A DNA stretch of 64,000 nt from an uncultured bacterium (GTDB lineage: Bacteria > Fidelibacterota > Marinisomatia > Marinisomatales > UBA1611). Below the pieces are notes generated by a model, which was not told the origin of the DNA, searched no databases, and saw only the letters and a list, made by a program, of their open reading frames with translations. Location: positions 288,001-352,000 of the forward strand of contig CALSPG010000001.1 in assembly GCA_943788175.1 (NCBI GenBank), written 5' to 3'. Position numbers and translations under genes: made by a program. Positions 20,798 to 30,801 of this stretch are shown here, one piece after another; positions within the stretch are counted from its first letter, which is position 1, and each line of letters begins with the position of its first letter.

Positions 20798-22153
20798 ATG
20801 ATGAATATTAAAACAACTTTAACAGAAGACAGTATCCCAGAAAATTACTATAATATAGCAGCAGACTTAAAAGAACCTCTATCTCCAGTTTTACATCCTG
20901 GAACAAAAGATCCAGTTGGGCCAGATGATCTATCTCCAATGTTCCCGATGGAGCTCATTGGGCAAGAAGTAAGTCAGGATAGATACATAACAATACCAGA
21001 TGAAATTCGAGATATATACCGATTATATCGTCCTACGCCTCTATATCGTGCAAGATCGTTAGAGAAGGCATTAGATACACCAGCAAAAATATACTATAAA
21101 TATGAAGGTGTTAGCCCAACTGGTAGCCATAAACCAAATACGGCGATCGCTCAAGCATATTATAATAAAAGAGAGGGTATTGAAAAGTTGACAACAGAAA
21201 CAGGTGCAGGTCAATGGGGATGCTCATTGGCATTTGCTTGCGCAAAGTTTGGAATAGATCTTGATGTTTTCATGGTAAAAGTAAGTTACAATCAAAAACC
21301 CTACAGAAGAGCAATGATGGAGGCTTACGGTGCAAACTGTATAGCCAGTCCCTCTAAGTATTCTGAAGTCGGTAGAGAGATATTAGCGAAAACTCCAGAT
21401 TCAACTGGGAGCTTAGGAATAGCTATTTCTGAAGCAGTTGAAAAATGTGTTACAGATTCAAATACAAAGTATGCTCTTGGTTCTGTTCTGAACCATGTTC
21501 TAACACATCAGACAATCATAGGACAGGAAGCAATGGAACAACTAGCAAGTATCGAAGAATATCCTGATACCATAGTTGGTTGTACTGGAGGTGGAAGTAA
21601 CTTTGCAGGTATTGCTTTTCCTTTCCTTGGTAAATCACTTAGAAATGATGAAAGTATTGAATTAAGGGCAATAGAACCTTCTGCATGTCCTAGTTTAACT
21701 AAAGGTAAGTTTGCTTATGATTTTGGAGATACAGGTGGAATGACTCCTCTAGTAAAGATGCATACACTTGGTTCAAACTTTATACCTTCTGGTTTTCATG
21801 CCGGTGGTTTGAGGTATCATGGAATGGCTCCTATTGTAAGTCATTTAGTTAATAACGGATATGTTAATCCAGAATCATATACGCAGTTAGATGTTTTCAA
21901 AGCCGGACTCTTATTTGCTAAGAATGAAGGTATTATCCCAGCTCCTGAGGCGAACCATGCTGTGAAGGGTGCTATAGAGGCGGCTTTAAGAGCTAAAGAA
22001 AGCGGTGAAAATAAAACGATTCTTTTTAACCTTTGTGGACATGGGAACTTTGATATGCAAGCTTATACAGATTACTTTGAGGGCAAGTTATTTGATCAGG
22101 AATATTCAGATGAAGAGATTGGTATGGCACTATCGGGACTTCCTTCCGTTTAA
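20798..22153 (+). CDS. trpB2: TrpB-like PLP enzyme (tryptophan synthase beta chain type 2)
   Basis: YKYEGVSPTGSHKPNTA, TETGAGQWG, GGGSNF, HAGGLRYHG, PAPE, LCGHG. Confidence 0.95.
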   Translation: MMNIKTTLTEDSIPENYYNIAADLKEPLSPVLHPGTKDPVGPDDLSPMFPMELIGQEVSQDRYITIPDEIRDIYRLYRPTPLYRARSLEKALDTPAKIYYKYEGVSPTGSHKPNTAIAQAYYNKREGIEKLTTETGAGQWGCSLAFACAKFGIDLDVFMVKVSYNQKPYRRAMMEAYGANCIASPSKYSEVGREILAKTPDSTGSLGIAISEAVEKCVTDSNTKYALGSVLNHVLTHQTIIGQEAMEQLASIEEYPDTIVGCTGGGSNFAGIAFPFLGKSLRNDESIELRAIEPSACPSLTKGKFAYDFGDTGGMTPLVKMHTLGSNFIPSGFHAGGLRYHGMAPIVSHLVNNGYVNPESYTQLDVFKAGLLFAKNEGIIPAPEANHAVKGAIEAALRAKESGENKTILFNLCGHGNFDMQAYTDYFEGKLFDQEYSDEEIGMALSGLPSV

Positions 22154-22175
22154 AAGTGATTATGATATAGCTAAT

Positions 22176-22221
22176 GAAGGAGGTAATTGTTTTTAAATAA
22201 AGGGCTTTGCCTCCTTCTTTT
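22176..22221 (+). terminator. Probable terminator after trpB2
   Basis: GAAGGAGGTAA (22176-22186) pairs with TTGCCTCCTTC (22207-22217), then TTTT. Confidence 0.55.
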
Positions 22222-22282
22222 GTAAATCGTCTTGAAACTATATCATTCTTTTAAAAAGAAATAATTGCTTTTTTATGAATTG

Positions 22283-24493
22283 CTATTTTAGCAATATCAT
22301 CTTTCTAGTTTCTCTAAAATCTCCTGCCTGAATCGTATAGATATACATTCCAGCAGCAACAGACTGACCTAAATTGTTGGTTGCATTCCATGTAACATGG
22401 TGATATCCAGCGCGTTGAATTTTTGATGACACTAGTGTACTTACTTTACGACCCATTACATCATAAATTGCTAAATAAACCATACCATCTGTAGGAAGCT
22501 CATATGATATAGACGTATTTGGATTAAAAGGATTAGGATACGCTGGATAAAGCGCAAATTTTCCAGGCAGGGTTTCTAAATTTGGGGTGGTTGACACTGT
22601 TGACACACGTGTCATCTTCCTCTCCATAGTCATATAAAAGCTATTGACGTTTTCCAATCCAGAAAGCATAGGTAATGGCATTGAGTCCGCCACCATTCGT
22701 ACGCAATCATCCATGCTACCATAATAGGCTGAATAATCTTCACATGGATATTCTTTAATACCAAGGATTAATGTATCAGCACTTTGTTGATAAAAATAAG
22801 AATCCCAATCACCTTCCTGGTAGTTGTAATCCTCAAAGTCAATTATATATAAAGAATCTGCGCTGGCATACCAATAAAAGTCTAAGGTATCAATCATTTC
22901 TTGGCCATCAATGTCCTCAAATGTGTTTATTTCATTTCCTGTCGAATCTTCAAAGAAATTCATATATGTAGGTTCTTCATTTTCCATTATATCTTCTAAA
23001 AACATTGAAGGAAGTTTTGTTTCAACACCAGCTAAGAGTTCAACCATTTTAGGGCCAATAGAACCATCTAAAGTAGCAACTACAGACCCGTTTGAATTAT
23101 AAAGGTTAAGGTAGTTAAATGTAACCATGTAATTATTTGTATCTACGCTTACATAATTAGAAAAATTATCCGCGTTCGATGAGAATATATCGGGTTCTTC
23201 ACCGAAAGGCGTAAGACCTTGCGCAAGCACTATTCCTTGATCTACGAAGACGGAAACCATGAAAGGATTATCTACTCCATCAATAGGAAATCCAAATATA
23301 AAAGCAAAAATATCATTAAAGTCAAAATTCATAATGATAAAATCAGGATCATCTGAGTCATCATTACCACTACCAGAACCACCAGCTAAATATTTTGCAG
23401 CGCATTGCCCATCACCATCTTCGCAATCCCAACAGACGCAAGTTTCATCGCCATTTTCAAATCCTATGTTACCATCATTATTAACATAAATTTGGTTCCA
23501 TCCTTCGCCATAAAAAACAAATTCTGATGACAATGCCTGGTATGAATAATCATCATCTTCTACTTCAATCTCATTTGAATACTCTCCTTCAAGATTGGAA
23601 ACAGTATCAGCACTAACAGAGTATTCAGAAAAATCATCATTTGGTATAAATGTTATCTTTTTATAGGCCATATCTAACTCATTTATTCCAGAAAAACCCT
23701 CAATTGGGACTAAAAAAGACTCGCCAGAAGATTCACTGAGATCTACGTTGGTAAATTCCCCATTACCATCTCCAATTCCTATGGCCAAACCGCCAGCAGC
23801 ATCAGCAACATTTGCGCCAGTTAAAAAGAGATCTTGGTAAGTAATTACTATCTTATTCGTACCATAAAAAAGCTGAATTTGAAATGTGTTTAATGCATCT
23901 GAATTATCATATAAAGGAACATCAATGAACGTAATATTTGCAGTTGTATCAGTTTCATCAAAATATATACTGCCACTAGTAGGATCTAAATCAGTTAAAT
24001 AGGCGCCAATTCGAGGTCCATAAGTATAGTCATCTTCATCGATATCGCGATTTTCTTCATCTCCTTCATCCCCTAGATTCATAAGGTCTCCATAAACTAA
24101 ATAAAATAGTTCAGTATCGTATTCACTATTAATAACACTAATACCTCCATTGGCAGTATCCATTCCCATTAAAGAAAGCATATTTGGAATATTTTGATTT
24201 GTTCCTACCGTTACAAATGTGCCAACTTCGGCAGGATCCATTTTCCATTGGCCAACTAAATTGTCCATATCCATAATAAAATTAGAACGCTCGCTTGAAT
24301 TAGATTGCGATCTAAATCTTTTTAAATCCTCAGGTGCATAAATGTTGTATTTATGTTGAAGCTTCTTTAGGTAATTATTTGTTTTATTCTGGAAGCCTTC
24401 GGCAGCAAAACATAATGAAAGAGAAAAAATAAATAAAATTGTTCTTTTCATAATTAAGACTCCTTGTAGTTTTTTAACTAATTGATAAGACAT
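22283..24493 (-). CDS. Acidic secreted protein with nidogen-like segments and FlgD/T9SS-A-like CTD (likely start MKRTIL at 24451)
   Basis: Signal peptide MKRTILFIFSLSLCFA; FVFYG...IYVNNDGNIGF and NTFQIQL motifs; AYPNPFNP...KMILLK. Confidence 0.78.
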   Translation of the reverse strand: MSYQLVKKLQGVLIMKRTILFIFSLSLCFAAEGFQNKTNNYLKKLQHKYNIYAPEDLKRFRSQSNSSERSNFIMDMDNLVGQWKMDPAEVGTFVTVGTNQNIPNMLSLMGMDTANGGISVINSEYDTELFYLVYGDLMNLGDEGDEENRDIDEDDYTYGPRIGAYLTDLDPTSGSIYFDETDTTANITFIDVPLYDNSDALNTFQIQLFYGTNKIVITYQDLFLTGANVADAAGGLAIGIGDGNGEFTNVDLSESSGESFLVPIEGFSGINELDMAYKKITFIPNDDFSEYSVSADTVSNLEGEYSNEIEVEDDDYSYQALSSEFVFYGEGWNQIYVNNDGNIGFENGDETCVCWDCEDGDGQCAAKYLAGGSGSGNDDSDDPDFIIMNFDFNDIFAFIFGFPIDGVDNPFMVSVFVDQGIVLAQGLTPFGEEPDIFSSNADNFSNYVSVDTNNYMVTFNYLNLYNSNGSVVATLDGSIGPKMVELLAGVETKLPSMFLEDIMENEEPTYMNFFEDSTGNEINTFEDIDGQEMIDTLDFYWYASADSLYIIDFEDYNYQEGDWDSYFYQQSADTLILGIKEYPCEDYSAYYGSMDDCVRMVADSMPLPMLSGLENVNSFYMTMERKMTRVSTVSTTPNLETLPGKFALYPAYPNPFNPNTSISYELPTDGMVYLAIYDVMGRKVSTLVSSKIQRAGYHHVTWNATNNLGQSVAAGMYIYTIQAGDFRETRKMILLK

Positions 24494-24655
24494 TTAAAAT
24501 TAGGGATATAGTATAGATTTATTATAATAATTATTGAGTTTATTTTTCGACATATAGAGCTAAAAGAATTACTAATAAACTTTATCAAACGGCTGAGAAA
24601 AGCTAGTGTGGTGCTCATAAAATAAAGTAGAGAACTATAAAAACCAGTATATATA

Positions 24656-24771
24656 AAACTATGAAATTTAGGTATAAAGCAAAAAACCCCACTAAAAGTG
24701 AGGTTTCTCGTCGCGTACCCGGGGCCGGACTCGAACCGGCACGGTATTGCTACCAACGGATTTTAAGTCCG
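24656..24771 (-). repeat. att-like direct repeat copy A: 3' part of tRNA-Leu plus terminator
   Basis: 116 bp matching 26053..26168 with 3 mismatches; identity stops at the 5' arm of the anticodon stem. Confidence 0.92.
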
Positions 24772-24796
24772 CTTACGAGATTGTCGTGAAAGGCAC

Positions 24797-24819
24797 TTTT
24801 TGTACAACACTGTACAACA
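24797..24819. repeat. TGTACAACA box pair (left end)
   Basis: Copies at 24801 and 24811 (10-bp period); 24797-24811 is a perfect 15-bp inverted repeat of 25983-25997. Confidence 0.85.
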
Positions 24820-24908
24820 AATTACGAGGTTAGTTCTCTCATCACCACCTGGCATGAGAAGTGCCATATGAAATTTTCTTAAGCGCAAAATGATTTTTAT
24901 AAATGATA

Positions 24909-25870
24909 TTACCATGATATAACAACTAGTCCGTTGCCTTCTCTACCTGTCATAGTGTACCTCCATCTGGGTCTGGCATAGTATGCGTTTCCTGCTATAC
25001 TCTGATCCGCATTAGATACTCCTCCAACATAACCTGAACCGCCGCCGCCACCGCCACCATCAGCATCCACCAGCCGCCACCACCATAATAGCCACCTCCT
25101 CCTGCGCCACCATCCAGCAGATTACCTCTAGTAGCTGTTTGATTTCCTCCTAGTGCCAAGTGAACCTGCCTTCTTGAATCACAACCGTCACTGTTGCATA
25201 CCAACTGCGCACCACCTGCTGATTGCGTCCCACCACCGCCACCAGTTCCCGATACCATTGCTCCTCCTAGGGTCACCATTACCGCCAGTTAATGCTTCCA
25301 CCTCCATAGCCTCCATGCAATGCATAAGAAATGTATCCAAGCACTTCCACCGCCTCCACCGGAGCTACAATGACTACGATTTGTGAAAGCATTACCTCCA
25401 ACTGGAACGAACATCAGCTTGCGCCTCCACCGGACTTCCAGCATATGCACTCAGTTTTAGTATGATCCTCCACCATTGAATCCTCCGTTAACCATAGTAC
25501 AAGACCATCCAGATGATTTCCTACATCTGATCCGGATGAATCGCCTTGTCCTCCTACATAGACATAGAGAAGGGTTTCTCCTTGATGTTACGTTTAAAGT
25601 CTCCAGTTGCGTATGCCTCCTTTGCCTGCACCCCAACTACGAATAACTAGTTACATTACCTCCTCTGCCCACCCCATAGCCTTAATTGTAATTGTGCTTA
25701 CACCAGACGGTACGGTAAAAGTTTGTTGTGAGCCAGTGTAGCTAAAAGTCTGGGAACCTGATGAGCTAACTGATGTGTGTGGCTTATGTGCGCCATGAAA
25801 TGATGGCAATGCTATTTGAGCATTTATAAAATTTAATAATAGCAATTAGATAAATATAAATTTTCACATA
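24909..25870 (-). pseudogene. Secreted glycine-rich domain protein (TFSYTG...GGGG type), many indels; start approximate
   Basis: Fragments QTFSYTGSQQTFTVPSGVSTITIKA, GGGGGTQSAGG, GAGGGGYYGGGG, C-terminal EGNGLVVISW* (stop 24909-24911). Confidence 0.7.
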
Positions 25871-25982
25871 TGAAATTATAAAAGAATAGTTTCGTAATAC
25901 GATATTAGTTTCAATTTTTGAGCAACGTGCAACAAACAACCAAGTACATGATTCACTTACTAGCATTATTTCAAATAACTAA

Positions 25983-26023
25983 AGTGTTGTACAAAAAAAT
26001 ACATGTACAACATTGTACAACAC
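25983..26023. repeat. TGTACAACA boxes (right end): one inverted, two direct
   Basis: Inverted copy TGTTGTACA at 25985-25993; direct copies at 26004 and 26014. Confidence 0.85.
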
Positions 26024-26052
26024 TTATATTCCATAATATGCCATAATATGCC

Positions 26053-26168
26053 AAACTATGAAATTTAGCTATATAGCAAAAAACCCCACTAAAAGTGAGG
26101 TTTCTCGTCGTGTACCCGGGGCCGGACTCGAACCGGCACGGTATTGCTACCAACGGATTTTAAGTCCG
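26053..26168 (-). repeat. att-like direct repeat copy B (overlaps intact tRNA-Leu and its terminator)
   Basis: Matches 24656..24771; includes the hairpin AAACCTCACT-TTT-AGTGGGGTTT followed by TTT on the minus strand. Confidence 0.92.
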
Positions 26169-26196
26169 TAGTGTCTACCAATTCCACCACCCAGGC
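26113..26196 (-). tRNA. tRNA-Leu(TAA)
   Basis: GCCTGGGTGGTGGAATTGGTAGACAC...CGGACT-TAA-AATCCG...long variable arm...GGTTCGAGTCC...CCCGGGTA. Confidence 0.95.
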
Positions 26197-26219
26197 AATA
26201 AAATTTCAAAAACATAATG

Positions 26220-26293
26220 AGGCGTCGGCCGGATTCGAACCGGCGAATAACGGTTTTGCAAACCGGTCCCTTAAACCACTTGGGTACGACGCC
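26220..26293 (-). tRNA. tRNA-Cys(GCA)
   Basis: GGCGTCGTACCCAAGTGG...GGTTT-GCA-AAACCG...GGTTCGAATCC...GACGCCT, U discriminator; one anticodon-stem mismatch. Confidence 0.9.
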
Positions 26294-26380
26294 ATTGATA
26301 TAATAAAACTTACATAGTTTTTTTAAGACAACAATCTAACTTTTTATAAAATTATGCTCTCATACGCAATAAATTAACAT

Positions 26381-26611
26381 ATGGATTATAAAAGAATAAC
26401 CATGTATAACAGACTAAGAGATTATTTTATACCAGCAGCTGTACTAGATGAAATATTCCAAAGTCATAAAGATATTACAACGCTTGAAAACGCATACGAT
26501 TCTTTGATTCAAGATGGATTCAGTGAAGATGGTGCTGCAGAGAAAATTGCTAAATTAGTATTTGAAGAGACTGGTATTGAGCCAGATTACGGCATAGATG
26601 AGGAAGAATAA
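26381..26611 (+). CDS. Small acidic hypothetical protein
   Basis: 76-aa ORF with protein-like composition. Confidence 0.65.
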   Translation: MDYKRITMYNRLRDYFIPAAVLDEIFQSHKDITTLENAYDSLIQDGFSEDGAAEKIAKLVFEETGIEPDYGIDEEE

Positions 26612-26943
26612 AAATAATTAAACTGATAATTTTTACTTATCGGTTGTTCTATTTGGTATTCTGTGCCTTTATTCACATTTAATACTAAACTATCTAGAAG
26701 TGGATAGTTTTTCTCTACTAATGTTTCAGTATTTATTTTTCCAAGACTATCCAAAACCATATTACAAACTCTAACTGCCCTATTTCTAGTGTATCCCTCT
26801 TTAGTATCTTGCCATATTATTGGATTAATATCCATCTTGCTTTTAAGCAGTAGCATTTGGTGGTAGACAATAGAGTCAATAGCTATTGGTTCTGCCGAGT
26901 TGGAAAGAGAAAAACCAAGCAAAAGGCATAAGAAACTTCTCAT
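26587..26943 (-). CDS. Hypothetical exported protein (likely start MRSFLCLLLG)
   Basis: Signal-peptide-like start overlaps the stop of the upstream ORF (ATGA coupling). Confidence 0.55.
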   Translation of the reverse strand: MRSFLCLLLGFSLSNSAEPIAIDSIVYHQMLLLKSKMDINPIIWQDTKEGYTRNRAVRVCNMVLDSLGKINTETLVEKNYPLLDSLVLNVNKGTEYQIEQPISKNYQFNYFYSSSSMP

Positions 26944-27278
26944 TTTACTACAGTAACTAAACCTACGAAAAAATAAAATATTATTGCTGTGACGCACATA
27001 CCGTAAGTTGAAGTCCAACTTGACATAAACTTTGACTGCTCGAAATCTCTATTGTATTCATTAATTTGAATCTGGTCAATTAGTGTCTCACCGCCTTTTT
27101 CTCTACATAATTTTGAAGCTTTAAAATATCGAGGAAGATCCTTTACAGGTAGGGCTTTAACTCCAAACTTTCTTGCAAAAGTAACAGTTCGGTCGGAGCA
27201 AGGATTATTTACATTAAGATTATCTTGAGAATAAATTATAGAGAAACAAATAATAAAGCTGCGTACTATATATTTCAT
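26940..27278 (-). CDS. Hypothetical protein with signal peptide and C-terminal TM helix
   Basis: 112 aa, ATGA overlaps with both neighbours. Confidence 0.65.
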   Translation of the reverse strand: MKYIVRSFIICFSIIYSQDNLNVNNPCSDRTVTFARKFGVKALPVKDLPRYFKASKLCREKGGETLIDQIQINEYNRDFEQSKFMSSWTSTYGMCVTAIIFYFFVGLVTVVK

Positions 27279-28016
27279 TTTAATGCATAAACAACTTTAA
27301 AAGTAAAAATAGGAATTTCATCAATTTTCATCTCCGGTCCTTTTACAGTTTTCCCCTGAAAACGCCACTTGTTCTTTTTATAGTTATTATTCAAAAAACC
27401 CATTTTAATATCAATTCCAATCCACGGCCTTATGTAGTATCGATATCCGAGCATCCCCGAAAAGCCTAGCCAATCTGTTACCATCGTATTTTCAGAAGCA
27501 ACCTGACTCAATGGGCTCTCATCTCCAAAACTATTTAATAATTCATTCCAATCATCTGTGATTGTGTTAACGCCGCTACCATCTGAACTCGAAGGCTTTG
27601 TTTCAAGAATGAGTCTAGACCGACCCCATATTGGAGTCAATGTAAAATTCAATTCAACTTTTGGTTTAAGTCTGAAGAAAGTTTCCAGCGGAATCATTCT
27701 ATAATTTATGGTACGATAGAAAACAGGCTTACTAGTTGCAAACCCTTCTAATCTTCCAATATCAATTGATTTAAGAACATTATAACCAACCCTAGCATTA
27801 TGAAAGAATTCATAATAAACACTAAAATTAATTAGCAAATTCCTTGTGAGTATATTTCCAGTAGGAAAAGATACTAACTCATTACTGTCAAAACCTTCCA
27901 TGGTAGGTTCATAGAAGCCTGTACCAAAATCAATACTAATTTTTGGCTGACTATATAGTGATACCACTAAAAAGTAGCAATGGAATACTTTTAAACTGTA
28001 AAATTTGACTCTTCAT
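27275..28016 (-). CDS. Putative outer-membrane beta-barrel-like protein (one indel near the start)
   Basis: Alternating aromatic strands (GMLGYRYY, FTFKVVY); ATG at 28016 is out of frame with the track ORF by one base. Confidence 0.55.
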
Positions 28017-28039
28017 TAGACTATCGTAATTTACACCAC

Positions 28040-28860
28040 ATGAAACGATTACTAGAAATATTCTTATTTTTATTCGCAGTGCTTTATGGCGATAGTTTAG
28101 ATACGGATGTAAGTCATGTCATTATTGATCACAAGGGAAACTCTATTATCGCCATTGTTGACTCTATTGATCTTGATAATGTTTATTACAAACTTAAAAG
28201 CAATAATGAACCAGGAAAGATGGATATCAATAAAGTGTATTACATCTATAATGATTTTGATAGGATATTTCATTATGACTGGAGTTACTATGAGAATTTG
28301 AGAAGGATCACAAATAGAACAGGGAAAATAGTCACCTTGAAAAATGATAGTATAGAATTTAAAAATATCGAATTTACTTCGAATAGAATTTATCCAGAGA
28401 TTTTAGTGCATGGAACAAATGATACCTCATTTTATATGAAATCTTTAGATGTTTATAAAATTGAGACTGACTATTCTGTGCTTCATTATGCAGCTAAACG
28501 TGGTTTTTGGTATAGTTTCTCAGCATTTATATTATCTCTGCTGCTATTGATACTCGACTTAAATGGGATGATTCGAGACGATTTTCTCCTCAGGTGTGGG
28601 ATCAATACAATGATTTATTACCATCTGTAAAGTTTATGAACTTAAAACCAACTGGTGTAACGTTTGCTTCAGTATCATATTTAATACCAATGTCTGTTCT
28701 AGCATCGATGTTTTGGGATATTTATAAAGATAAACGTTCTTTTTATTTTCATCCGCTAGAAAAAGAGACACCATATCCGCGAACAATGTATGTATTTTCA
28801 CCTAAGCATCTAATGCAAGCTTTTGTAAAAAAAGTCATTAGTACGAATCGAAAGAAGTAA
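28040..28860 (+). CDS. Hypothetical membrane-associated protein, frameshifted
   Basis: Track ORFs 28040..28630 and 28594..28860 overlap and appear to be one gene. Confidence 0.55.
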
Positions 28861-28917
28861 TATTGGTAATTATATTATTTCAAATATTAGAAAAAGAGTG
28901 AATAAGAAGTAAGAAAC

Positions 28918-30800
28918 ATGTACAGTATAGTTAAGATTTATCGCCATTTTGTTTTTCTTCTAATAATTGTGTTTTTTTCTTGTGTGGATAAAGATCCTAC
29001 ATTAATACAGCTTCCTGATACAACTGCTCCCACTGGGTATATTGTAAGCCCGTTAAATGGTAGTTCGGTTTCTGGTAATACATCGCTTCAAATTATAGCG
29101 ATTGACAATGAAGAGGTCGATACTGTTTTTTTCATGATTAAAGGACAAAACGATAACAGCTACCGTAATATCGATTCTACTACCAATGTCTCAAATGATA
29201 TTTGGCAAGGTAGTTGGGATACAAGGAATGTGCAATGGGTCGAAAATGAAAATTATTTTATAACATTCAAAGCCATAGAATCTAGTTGGCAACTCTTATA
29301 TTGCTTCGCCGATAATCGTAAAACTTGACAATCAAGATGATGAGTCCCCCAACGGATATATTAAGAATCCTATCACAGGTCAAACTGTAAATGGCATTGT
29401 TTCAATTGAAGTTGAAGCAACGGATAATAAAGCGATACAGTATGTAAGTATTTTTGTAAATAATGAAATTAAAATAACCCATTTAACCGAACCTTTTAAT
29501 TATGATTGGAATACTGAGTTAGTCACAGATGATCTTGTTTATTCTATTTACGCAGTGATTGTAGATATCGATAATAACAGAACAACAATACCACCAATTA
29601 GTGTAACCGTTAATAATAACCTTCCTATAGATGTAGCTCCTCCTACTGGTGCATTAACTAGTCCACCAGCAGGTTCTGTAGTTTTTGGTAATACTGCTAT
29701 ACAGGTTACGGCTGCTGATGATCAACTTTTAGATTATATTGAATTTTATATTGATGGAAACCTTAATGGATCCTTTGATTGTAAACGGACCTAATTGCAC
29801 TGCCTCATATGACTGGGACACTTTAATAGAAACCGAAGGAGAACATACTATTCAAGCTATTTTAGTTGATGGCTGGAATAACAAAACAGTTTTAACCCCA
29901 GTAACTGTAATTGTTAATAATATAGATCAGGATGACATACATCCTACCTCGACTATAATCTCTCCTGCATCTGGCGCATTAGTTTCCGGGCAAGTAATAA
30001 TTGAAACTTTAATTAGTGACAACACGGGTATTGATAAAGTTGATTTTTTTATAAATAATGTATTTGTACACGTAGATAGTAGCGGACCAGATTATACATA
30101 TATTTGGGATACAGATACTGTTCCAGATGATGAAGATTATATTTTAGGTATTATAGCATATGATTTAATTGGAAATGAAGGTCCTAGTACGCCAATCACA
30201 GTCCATTTAGATAATGATGATAACGTATTACCAAATGGAACAATAACGTACCCATATGCTGGACAAGTTGTTTCTGGCATTGAGCAAATTTCCGTTTATG
30301 CTGTTGATAATGCAGAAATCGATTCAGTATCTCTTTACATTGATAACGTATTGGTTTTTTCTGATACTAGTGAGCCGTATGAATATGATTGGAATACAAA
30401 TTTTGAGATTGAAGATGTGAACCATATAATAGGATCAATTATTACAGATGCTTCAGGAAATCATTTTGAAGTTCCTTCAATAAGTGTTTTTGTAAATAAT
30501 ATTCCAAATGATTCTAATCCCCCAACAATAATTATTTCTAGCCCTCTTGATGGTCAAACTGTTTCAGGTGTCGTTAATTTTGCCGCACATGTAGATGATG
30601 ATACAGGAATAGCTAGTGTGGAGTTTTTTATTGATGGCTTTTCTGTAAAAACAGATTCTGAAACACCGTACTCTTTTTCTTGGGACACGACTATCAATAT
30701 TGGTGTACATGGCAATGAACACGCACTATCTGCTATCGTTGTTGACTTGGCAGGAAACACAACTTTTTCTCAACCAATTTTAGTTACAGTAGACAATTAA
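28918..30800 (+). CDS. Lipoprotein with six bacterial Ig-like (Big) repeats, frameshifted
   Basis: Lipobox FFSC; six repeats DxxxPxxxIxxPxxGxxVSG...V.F.I....Y.W.T. Confidence 0.8.
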
Positions 30801-30801
30801 A

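Larger units (their letters stand above)
24772..26168. mobile_element. 1397-bp integrase-less cassette integrated at the tRNA-Leu 3' end
   Basis: Bounded by the 116-bp direct repeat; TGTACAACA boxes near both ends; single cargo gene. Confidence 0.7.

Noticed and set aside
24797-26023. CRISPR array or integron attC cassette
   Set aside because: Repeats are 9-15 bp without regular spacers; no cas or intI genes and no attC-like structure seen.
24478-26153. Two track ORFs starting MVAIPCRFESGPGY (24478..24756 and 25971..26153)
   Set aside because: They are translations of the tRNA-Leu sequence and its duplicated 3' part, not proteins.
26220-26293. tRNA-Sec
   Set aside because: Anticodon is GCA with normal length and a short variable loop, so it is tRNA-Cys; no selC seen in the window.
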